DNA of 64,000 bases, from the NCBI RefSeq assembly GCF_037042905.1, contig NC_087251.1, positions 20,028,001 through 20,092,000 of the forward strand, written 5' to 3'. This document shows, one piece after another, positions 49,875 through 61,900 of the stretch; the stretch's first letter is position 1; every line of letters starts with the position of its first letter. Source of the DNA: Lytechinus pictus. Lineage: Eukaryota. The notes under the pieces were generated by a model. The model saw only the letters and a program-made list of their open reading frames with translations. It was not told the origin of the DNA and made no database searches. The position numbers and the translations under genes were made by a program.

Positions 49875-52790
49875 AATACATTTTTCACTTGGATTTATTG
49901 GCAATACGTGACACATACAAAATGAAGGGCTCGAGAAATTTTCTTTTTGAGACGTAGAGTGAAGAGGGATATGGTCCTGTGTGTACATTATTATACCAGG
50001 CACAACGAAATCACTTCTACTATTGGCTGTGTTACGTAGAAGTTTGTCTTAAAACATGAATTAAATATGTCAGCTGAATACATAAGTTAATTATTTCAAT
50101 GATTTGTAGGGAGAATGGAATACATAATTTGAATACTACACTTCACTACACACATATGGAATACCCAAACTAAGTTTGCAATTGGTTTAAGATATCAAAA
50201 GATCTGCAACATCAATTTAATCTAACTAGTGAATACTACCTCTGAAAACTGTTTTGTCTATCTGCAAGGTGAAAAATAAAATGGTTCAGTTCCAGGAATG
50301 GAATTACATGTTTACTGACTTTACAATGTATTAAAGAGTCGCATTTTGAATGCATAAAGGGAACTAATGCTAATGTCCACTTAAATGGCTGTAAGTCCAT
50401 CACCTATAAAGAATACGCACAAAAAACAGATGAATACATGCTATGATAATGTCAGTTATTTCTCACCTAACTGCACAGTTTATGTGAGGATCGATGATGG
50501 TGGTGTAATGAGAGGAAAGCTCTTCATGACATAGTACATTACAACTAAGAGCACCTATATAAAGCAGTCATTATCGTTATGGATAAATCGTACTGCAGAG
50601 CAGTTGCATTTTCCTCTTAAACATTTCATCCTCATTAATATGCATGCTAGATATAAAAAGGTCTGACAACAATATTCCATCTACAAAAAAATAATCAGTG
50701 CTCAGGAGAAAACACTGAATTATTATCCCTGGCAAAAGTGCTTTGAAATCTTGAGTTAATTACAAAATTAAAGAAAAAATTGAGGAATAAAAAAAATGAA
50801 TACATCTTAGAGAAAAACCATACTGCACTATTGCAAATAATAAGCACTACAATGGAATTGCAAATAAATGATTCTAAACAAAATTAAAATTTTTCTTTGA
50901 TTTGAATACAGTCTACATAAATTTTGAACATATAAAAGTAAATACATAGAAGTTGTAAGTAGGGCTGAACAAGATGAATTATATATATACTTCATCGAGA
51001 TAGAATACTTTAATATACATTTACTACTGGCAACTATTTCAGGTTTTTTTTTTATGTGACCTACTTTATCTTATCCAGTTTAATATTGACTGAGTAGCTA
51101 AGCCAATTCAATTAAATGAGTTCATGTTAAGTAGCCATTTTGAATTTTGTAATTGGACAAGTGACACAGGCAAACTCATGCCTGCATTCTAGCTAAGTAC
51201 AATAGAAAAAAGTCAAATATTTTTTGTAGATATAAGTCACACCACTATAAGAACATTTACATACTTTTTTTTCTTATGCAAGCTCTAATTATATGATTCC
51301 GAAGAAGAGAGAAAAACCACACATAACGTTAGATGTTATCTTGATTTAACTAATTTCCCCTACTGCTTAATTTTTCTTTGTACAATCTGCAGAAAAGAAA
51401 TGACATTCACTCCACAAAAGCCCATAAAATGGACTTTATGTCATGGACTAAGCTATTTTTAAGATGTTATTTTTCTGGATCACAACACACAACAATAGCT
51501 GATAAGATTTATACCCTTTTCCTCTCTTCCCAAAGACGCTAAACATACAGATCATACTGTTCAGCAGTTCAGATGCATGCCTAATATTTAAGATATACAA
51601 CTATCAAGATACAACAGCAATTTGAATAATAATTGCAAGAATTAACAACTTAATATTTATACACATTCTCTTTTAAGATGCCTAAAACTACAACACCAAG
51701 ATACTCACATACACATCATTTACATGAATATTTACCTCTGTATACATTTTGTCTACATCACAATTGGATATTAAAAAGACAAGTTAGTGTCAGCTATTAA
51801 ATATAACATAATGCAGAACACGCAGTTAAGGTCTTTGTGTGCCTACAAGATGGATAGACAAAAGTACTCCTCATCGAGGTACAAGGTAACGTCGTTTCGG
51901 GTACTGGACAATAATAACAATAATTATATCAACAGGCAGTACTGACTTCAGATACGATTCATCTACTTATCATAAGTTACAGTTTGACACGCCTTCGTTT
52001 CAAGTAGTGACATACAAAATGCCAAGTAAAAATCTCCGCTACCCGAAGCTTAATGAATCTAAGCTATATGGGCTTGGTATCACCCCTAATGACTAAAAGA
52101 GTAAGGGTGTTTAAAGCATGTTATGTCCAATGAAAGAATGAATCGCCTTTCTGCCTTTCTACTTATTTCTTTGTCATTTCTACACACAAGGGGACTCGCA
52201 GGGAGATAATCTATGCATATGATTTACATATGGAATGCCGCATGCACGTCTTTGATGAAAACCCTCCTCGTCTCTTTTTTAAATATATTCAATAGAAAGA
52301 AAAACAAACGTCTTGACGTCAGACCTTCTCCAGCGCTGTTCATTCACAGCGCGCCGATATTCTCAAAGACATGCCTAGTTTACAAGAACTTCAACACTAA
52401 CAGCCATAAAGCCAATCAACAAGCTACCAATTTTAGTTGTGTCTATCATGAACTCACACTACACTTTATACATATATAACATCATCACTAAATCACCACA
52501 TGACAGCGCAACCGTAGAATAAGAAGAAGCAGGAAAGCCTAGTTTTTCTTTCATACCGATAGTCCAAAAGCCTTGCAGCGAATAAGTCCTTGACAAATCT
52601 GTAAAAGTAATTTAAAAAAGAGCACTACCATTCCAATATCTTTTTTTCCATGTCCGTCCGATTCAATATCAATCCATGATAACAGTAATAGTACTTCAAC
52701 AAATGTCATGATGTACAAGGGGGCTATACATGGGGAAAGTTGGAGGGGGAGGGGGGTCACCATTGATTATCTGACCCCGCCTCAGGGCTC
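49875..52790 (-). other. Probable long beta-spectrin 3' UTR; candidate AATAAA at 49899-49894
   Basis: Repeat-poor sequence after the stop; tttatt on + at 49894-49899; end not verifiable. Confidence 0.45.
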
Positions 52791-52998
52791 TCACTTCCGC
52801 TTGAGGGTAAAGAGGCCCTTTCCCTTGGCCTTCTTGCCCCCTGGTGAGGTGGAGTCCGCTGGGAGAGTTTGGGCTCTTCTCTGTTCCTTGGATGCAGATT
52901 CCCCGGTACCAGAGATAGCTGTATGAAGCTGGTTCAGCCAATAGCCCAGTTCTTCACTGTCCTTTGCTTGGAATAGAAATTCTGATGCATCAGCCAAC
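52791..52998 (-). CDS. SPTBN1: beta-spectrin terminal coding exon
   Basis: LADASEFLFQAKDSEELGYWL...RAQTLP...GLFTLKRK*. Confidence 0.95.
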
Positions 52999-55900
52999 CT
53001 GTCAAAAAAAATGAAAATCAAACAATCCTAGGTAATCAAATGTTTCAAGTTTAATTTTTTTAAATTGGTATTTATTGTAAAGATGAGATAAAAATTCATT
53101 AACAAAACTTTCCAGAAAATACAAGCAAACGGGTGTGTCCACTCTGTAACCTTATGATTACCGAAGATTCTGATAGGAATCTGGTTTTATTTTATTCTAA
53201 AAACTTCTTTAACCCTAATAAGACTGGGGGGGGGCTGATTCAGTCCCCCCGACATTTTTTTCACGATAAAACACTCGTCGCTCGCTGACTTTTTACTTTC
53301 AAGTCTCGTGCAACTTTTGAGACCAAAATTGCAAGCCCTGGGTACGCGATTCCAAAATTTTGCAACATTCATGAGTGCATGCAGACACAAAATTGCTCAA
53401 AAACGTGAATTTGTGTACAAATTCAATGCAAATAGTGTTCTTAGCCAAAATGCAAAATATATTTCTTGTTTATAGTCAAAATAAAGTGCTTGAAAATTTC
53501 CATAGAAAAAACAATAAAAAACAAAGAAATATATAATAAATAAGTGTGATGTTGAAATTCTTTAAAGTACATTTGATCAGATTCCTATAAAGAGTCTGAA
53601 CCAAAAATTAGCATTTTAGGGGCATTATTTAGTTAATTAGAGCAAAGTTTATGTTACGCATAAATTAGCATAATTAATAAATAAGCAATGAGATTTTTGG
53701 CAAAATTTGAACTTATAGTTTTGTAGATTATACCATGGGTGACGTGTGCGTGCCAATTTTTTTTTTGCGATCATGCGATCGACGGCCGAGAACATGAGGG
53801 GGGCTGAATCAGCCCCCCCCCCCCCCCTCTTCTTAGGCCTTAAAATAGCCCAGTCTATTCAGGATTACAAAAAGCAAAAATCAAATGCAGTTTAAAAAAT
53901 TTAAGGCATTTTAAATTGATTTTGATCTAAAAAACAAGATCCATATGACACAGGAATGCAGGAGTGTTTCACTAAGCTCAAATAAACTTCTTAAAAGCTA
54001 TAGGCCAATCACATCATAATTTCAGCTCATCAGAGAATCATCCCCTAGTCAATAAACGCATGAGCAAGTGAATGAATAATTGAAGAATGAACAATTACAA
54101 CAAAAACAAGCCAGCTTATATTTGGACTTACTTGAGCCTGAAGACATACTTCTTCTTGGTGTAGTCTTCTGCGTATTCCGCGGTAGCCCCAGCCAGATTG
54201 AGAGGATGTTCATTGTTGAATGGGATTTCTTTGAGCTTGTTCTTAGGATCCTTGTAGAATGAGAGTGATTGGCCATGAGTCACTCCGTATACATGGTTCC
54301 AAGATCTACAAAAGTGGACACAACAAAGAATTATCAGAAAAATAAGGCCTCATACTCTGCCAACACAATGCACACAAATCCCAGTTCAGCTTTACAGCAA
54401 GCTGCTATCTGGATTATTTCTATTAACTACAAGGTACAACTTTGACATTTCTTTTTGTAATCAAAATGACAAAGTAAACATAATGCAACTGATGTTGAGT
54501 AATTTTCTGTTGTCAGAGTTTAAAACGATAATGCAGTAATTCTATATAGTTTGGGAGTTTGTTTTCAGAACATGTTTGATGCAATTGCTTTTCTTGTCCT
54601 TATTACCAAATAAATAACATCAACAACCTTGATTTTCATGCATTTGATAAGGGATTCCCTGAAACTGAGGAATACATATCACAATGAGTTGATGTACCTT
54701 TATGTTATGTAAGGCACCAATATGCACATATTACATAAAATCTAATGGATAACTACACAAAAACTTGCTTTCCCCCGAGCATAATCTGATCAATGTAGTG
54801 ATGTGTTACATACTGCATGGAACTGAGAATTTCAACGATTTCAGTCACACTTAACTCTTTCTGAATGACGTCCAGGTGATTTTTAAGTACAATTAATTAA
54901 CTTTGGGAAAAAAATAGTAATCAACAGCATTCTCAAGCTGTGTTTCTGTTTTTAAGAAATACAAACTAAACCTCAGATAGGTTAATAATAATAATAATAA
55001 TATACAGTTCTTGTATAGCGCATATCACATTATGAATAATGTCTCTATGCGCTTCCAAAGGACTTGGATATTATTACCCCAGCTGTAGCTTGGCAGCCGT
55101 AATTACTAAGATTACAGCGCACACGCATTTCAAGGAATAAATTCCTTGCAAAGGTTGCAAAGAAATTGGTCCTTATAGAACAAAGAACAGCATAAAAGGG
55201 GTAATAGTATGCAGTGCTTAGAAACATTGTTTTAAGCATTACATATATGTTGCATTTTATTATCATTATTATCATTATCAATAGAAGACCTACCTGTTAG
55301 AAGCCTTCTTGCCGCCTGGCTCATATAGGTACTTCCTCATGAGGAAACCTTCAGCTTCATTGCTTCCACCCAAGGCTCCTGCTGGTACAGTTCCTGGTGC
55401 TGGTTCTTCTTCAGCAGCCATTGGTTCATCATCATCTGGGCCTTCTGCACCGTCTACAGCTGTACCGGCATGGACCTCTTTCTCGGCTTCCTGGCTCACC
55501 ATCTCTTGTACTTCTTCTACGTACTTGGTGGCGGCTTGCCTGAACATAATAAAGGACATTCAGATGAAGTCTTATGAAAAATATTATTTATAAATAGTAA
55601 TCATAATTGTCATAGTAATCATACTATGCGTATACTTGCCTGAAATAGATAACATTCAAATGATGTCTCATTATTCAAAATGAATCAGCATAACACACAT
55701 GGATCTTAGTAAGCTTAAGAAATATTTATTTGGTAGCTCTTGCTTGAATACTCCAAAGCAAGTCGTGAACATGCATATACTCTGAGCGAGTAAGCCAGAA
55801 TCAGACAACTGCATTCATGGTAATTAGTCCAAGGAATTCTTTAATTTAGAACAATTTGGAAAACAAATTTGGTGAAGCAAGGGGAATCTGTCAGAAAGAA

Positions 55901-58900
55901 ACTCTATCTGATGTCAAAGAGGTCGTACCAATCTACTTGAATTTTAGTTATAAAATCATTGGGTGAAGAAGCATATTATAATTTCATTTTTTTTCTTGAT
56001 CAGCATATTAAAAAATAAGTAGTTATGATATTCATGATTGGTAATCATTTTATGAGCAACTATGACCATATCATAGATATTGTCTCTTTGTCTAAGATAA
56101 GAGAGAAATTATACCCTTTAAGACTAAGGTTACATACACAACTACATGTTTTACAAAGACTGCAACCCTTTACATACCTAAGCTCTTCCTGTTCTTGGTG
56201 TTGTTGTTCCTGCTCAGCTTCTTCCTTTGCCCTTCGTTCCTTCTCTCTTTCCTCATTCATGAAGTCATCTACAATCTTATGTTTGAGAGACGGTGATTCC
56301 TTCATAGGTGGAGAGTCCTCACCAGCAGCACGGCGGGCCTCATCTTGACGTTTGCGTAGTTCTCTCAACTCAAACTAAGGAGAGATAACAAGTGCTATAC
56401 AATAAGGTTTGGTTTCTCATGAAATGTAACCTACCAACTAAATATTAAGAAATTTTAGGATTATGGAAAGGGTAGAAGCAAGCCAAAGGAGGAAAGGAGG
56501 TTGACATTATCTATACTGGGTTGGAGAAGGGAAATGATAAAGATGTGTATCAAGTTGTTGGGGGTACTGTTATGTTAGATGTGTCTGGAGTAGCAGAATG
56601 AAACTCTTATTTTGTATCCCTTGTTCATATTCATAGTTATAACAATTTTTTTTATTGAAAATTTTCCCTGGGGTAATTGAACTTCAAACCCCCCAAAAAA
56701 TTATTAGTTTAAAAATTCAGCAAGAAGTTATTCATATCAGTTTTCCATATGAAAAAGCAAAATAAAAATTCTCTATAAACCATCTTCACATCATCCCATT
56801 AATTGCCCGATTAAGAAACTTCTTTTATAAAAATTTACAAGCTGATATTTCAATAGCAAAGTATACTTATATCTCCATTCAAACACATTTCATGATGTCA
56901 AGGAGCCAAAGGCACTTAAGGTTCATTGTGAAGGTTTAAGATTCAATATAGCATTTCATCATGGAGACAAGGCATGGGAATCGCAAGATAAAATTATCCC
57001 TCCACCATGAAATCAAACGAAACATCATCATGAAGATCAGTCATATGTTATTGATGGGGAGAAAAAAGCATGAAGATCATATGGAAGATTCTTGAGAGAT
57101 ATGAAATGTTGGAAAAGTTGTAATACTAAACAGCAAGAGAGAGAGGCAACACCCAAAACCATGACAAGATATAATTATATATGCATCATAGAATGCCTGC
57201 TACCAGGTAAGAGGTGAATACAAGCCTATTGTATCTATGGATGTCAATGAGAGAAGATGACTTGGGCTAAAACATATTACAAACTCAGAACTATGAGCAA
57301 ATGGAAAAATTGGTAAAAAAAAGTAACTGCATATTTGAAGATGGTCTTTGCTTTGCATGATGAGATTGCTGATCTTGGGCACTGAAAACACCTCACTCTG
57401 CGAAGAGCTGTAAAACATGAGAAGCTTTGGCAGTAATTCTCTTGTACATCAATGAAATACAGAGTATCCAAATTAGGAAAGTGCGACAACTTCATCCAGT
57501 TCAAAGTTATCTTTGGTTTCATTACAAATTTTGAAGAATGCCTGATCGGCACAATGTCATATATTTTGCAGCTGGGACATAAGTACACCCCTCTTCAAAA
57601 GCGAAATTTATACAAACATGATTGCAATAACACTGTAACGAATGACAAAGTCATCACTTTTGAAATGGTGCATTGGATTCATATTTTACTATAGAGAGCT
57701 GGGATTTGTGCAGGATATGAACTATATCGATCATCTTGTTATTACAACAAAGTGATATCATCTCACTGAATATTGGATAAGAGGTACTGTCCCCAAAGCG
57801 ACATTTTTGCATTCTCGCAATATCTAACTTGGATATCTGTTAACCCCCTAAAATGTTCCCGCTACTTTCAACGATACTTACAGGCCCCAGTCGAGGATCT
57901 GGCTGATTTTTCTACAATTATTTCAAAGCAGTGACATGCAAAAGCATTGATGAATTATTTTGTTTGCTCGATTCTCACTTTGAATCCAACAAATCTAAAT
58001 AACTAGAGCATTAAAAAGTCATCTGATATATGGAGACTACATACTACCTATTTTTCTACCTAAAAGCAAGCATTTGGTGGCTGTTGTATTTCTAATATAA
58101 TGATTAATGAGTGTGAGTTAACAATCAAGAAAGAGAATACGGACTACAATCTAAATTTTACCAGTTTAACTTATTGCTTCAGTAAATCAAAACAATCTGT
58201 ATAGGTTTGAATGTTTCAAATGTCATAGGCATGGAGGTTTATCCAGAGAAAACTTGCAAAGAATAGAAACATGCACCTTGAGATTTACTTGCAAAGAATA
58301 AGACTTCTTTTAAAGAAAAAGAGAAAAAAAATGGCAAGGGTGTGATATAACAGGGTAGATTCCAGGCATTTGGGTTGGAAAGGTGTGCTTGGAAATAATT
58401 TTGTTCTTTAATTGCATGAACGTAAAATACTTTTGCATAATATGCTTATATTATACAAGATTAGCTCATTGATTAGTATAGACAATCAATTTACACAAAT
58501 TTTATATTGATAATCTAATTCAAGATTTTCCTTTTGGTTCTTGTGATTAAAAAAGTAACCTGACACTGTTTACCAATTATGTCCATTACATAACAATACT
58601 GAAAGCCTTTGCTAAATGTATTTGGTAGAAGCAGCTTTATTAGAATGCATTTAAATTGTTTCAGTTAAAAATAATTTATAAAAAAATCAGGCAATTTATT
58701 TGAAAACTGGACCAACTTATCAATCATCAGATGAATAATATGTAAGAAATACTACATGCAAAAATATGACACACTACTCATTATTTTCTCTCTTTTTTTC
58801 TCTATCATTTCTAGTGAGATGTCTAATTAGTTCTCTTCTAACCATAAACTAACAAGCAGGCATCTAACCATTCTAATCCAATGCTACAGCTACACTGTAT

Positions 58901-61900
58901 ACACAAGGATAGAGTAGAGTCTTTTAAACATGTACGGGAGTGAAGAGTGTGAGGGTTGGACTTACTGTTGTTAGTTTCTCGAGTGCTGTGAATCTCTCTT
59001 CTTGACAGTAGAGGGCCTTCTCGAAGGCCTCATGCCTCTTGATCAATTTCTCAACCTCGTCTAGTGAGTTCTAAAAATATAAAGCAAACAAAAAAAAATT
59101 ATCAATTTTCCATCCTCTTTCTCTGTATACAATTTTTTTGTGTGTTTCTTTGCAGAACACAATCCAAACAGTCATACGTTGACATCTGTGTTGACATAAT
59201 TACTTGAAAAATGTCCATTCCAAAGCAATGTTTAAACTTGTCACTTACATATTTACCATCATTAGTATCATCATTGTCCATTTTACTTCCATCAATTAGG
59301 AAGATTCTTTTTCGAACTCAAAATATGGATCTTCAAATGAACTATACACTCTGTTTTGATATATGTTATTCAACAGAGCAATATCATTTTTTAGTATGTA
59401 CATCTGACCCACTTATTTCTACATCAAATCAAAAGTTGTTGTGTTCTCATATCAATATGACTTGAACAGTTCCCAGAGTGAAGTTAGAATTGAGAAAAAT
59501 CTAGACTTTAGAATATTGTTGATGTTACTTTTCAACTATATTTACAATGTTGCGATACTGCCTACTCCACTTGTGGATTGATTGTGGAATCTGATAGAGA
59601 AGAAAGAACTTGACTTACTCCATAGTCTTCACTTCTCAGGTACTGTTCTTGGCTGATCAGCCAGGTTTCAGCAGCATGGGCATCACGGGCAAATTGGTAT
59701 ACCTCAAGAACTGAGGAAAAATAATTCAAATTAGAAATCAGTTAAGCACAAGTTACCGTAACGCTTTGATTTGTGTATCACACACCTAAAATAACAGAGA
59801 AATAAAACCATCCACCTACGGTGTTGATGTAGAAGTTGATATCACTGAGATCAAGTATTGCCTTAAAATAAGCCTTCTACTTAACCTGTGGATGAACTAA
59901 TTGATATCACTGGGTTGCATTTCAAAAGAAATAAAATTAATTTATTATTACAGACAGCAATTATATAGGTATCAACATAAATACTGATGTGATTGACTAG
60001 ACTCAACCCATTACAAAAAAGGAAATCATCACATAATCATAGATTAATAATAGAACAATGAGTCAAGCTAAAATTACCTTACAAATTCGAACTGCATGCC
60101 CTGAAATGCTTACTTACATCATTGCCCTAAAATGAAGGGGGCATCATATCTCATCAAGTAAAATATGTACATAGATATAGTTCAATGTATATGTACTTTT
60201 TAATTGATGGGGTATGCCTATTCTCATTCATGGTGTGTAACTGAAATTGACTAGAATAGTAAATACTTACTGAGCTGTAGGTATTCCCATCTGTGTTCCC
60301 AATCAGCGATCATTTCTTGACGTTTGCTACCAACCTGGACTAGCTTGGCATGGATCTATATACAAAGAACAAACCAAAGAAGGATAAAATATGAATATTA
60401 AACCATATGGAGACAGGCAGGGAGTAAGAACACAAAACAAAGAAAGCAAATACATGTCAGGACATAGACTATAATTGAAAGAGCATATGTGATCATCAAG
60501 AATATACACACCCCTAATAATGTTATACAATAGCAAACTGCTGCAGTAATCACAAAATAGTTCCAAAGCTACTCAAGTTATTGAAAAATTACAGAAAAAG
60601 AGGAAACAAGATACAAACTTCATCCAATAATTGTTTTTCTCCACTGAGTCAGCATATAAATATAGAACTATACTACATATAGAACAGGGCAATGCCCTTC
60701 AACACAATACATGACATATTTGTCCCCACCCGATGCCTACAATTACAAGCAAAGCAAAACCTCACTTGGGTGAGAGAGTACGAACAGAGAGAATTACATT
60801 AAAGCAACTTACATCCTTAGATGCGTAGTGATCTCTTGCCAACATGTCTTTACCCATGGTGAAACACTCTGTGAAGTTACCATCCCTAGTATCAATTTCT
60901 GCTTTGATGTTCTGATGGCCGTTCATCAAAAGCTCAACACCAGATACATCCCTGAAGGAACAAAAATCCAATACAATAATAAACATCTTGTATTGTGGTT
61001 TACAAATACATTCGTGTTTCCTACTAAAAGCTGATACATCTCAATTTGCATAATAAAATACAAACATAAATAAGAAAACAACCAACATTCATTCAACATT
61101 AGTAGTAATATCTCCACTGAATACCCCTGCTCCCACACGTGAGCCACATTTTATGAGAATTGCTTGGAAAATGAGGTGAATGATCCACATGAATTTCCAC
61201 TTCATTGTTTCAATGGGAGGCAGTTACAAAAGTAATGCAATTCAGACACATTAAAAAAGTATGTCTTGCACATTTTCATATCCTAAGATACTAAGCGTAT
61301 GCTAGCAGCTTATATCCAAAAATTGATAACAAACATTTTTGTGATCTCAACTAATTACAAGCTCCATCAACAAAATGACCGTCCAACGTATAATCTTCTA
61401 AAACTTAAAGAGTTTGTCCTGTTCTTACCTAGCTTTGTCCTGGTTGATGATCTGGAGCAGAATGTCTTCCATCCACATCATGAGTGCCCTGACAAGGTTG
61501 AGGAATCTGAAGAGCTCATCAGTCTGGTCTAGCCTGACTGAGCGGAACTGGATAGATGAGTTGAGGTTGTTCCATGCATCCACCACCTCCTGCTCTCTGT
61601 TGTCGATCTCCCTAGCCTTGTCACCGGCATAGGCGGCTCGCAGACGGCCAGCCTCCTCCTGGACATCTTTCACCTAAAAAGATTGGGTAAAAGTAAAAGA
61701 GATTCAACATTAAAATCGGCTCAAAGTGTCTACGAACTACACTTCTATTACTTGGCTCTCTCTTACAATCAGAGAAAAAAAAAATTTAAAGTAGAGAAAA
61801 TAAATGCCCATACAACCACTTCAGCGGGTAGAGGTATAAAGGGTTATTGGGAGAGACTAACATTTAACCTCCCAAAAGCTTACACAAGTACATTAGGACC

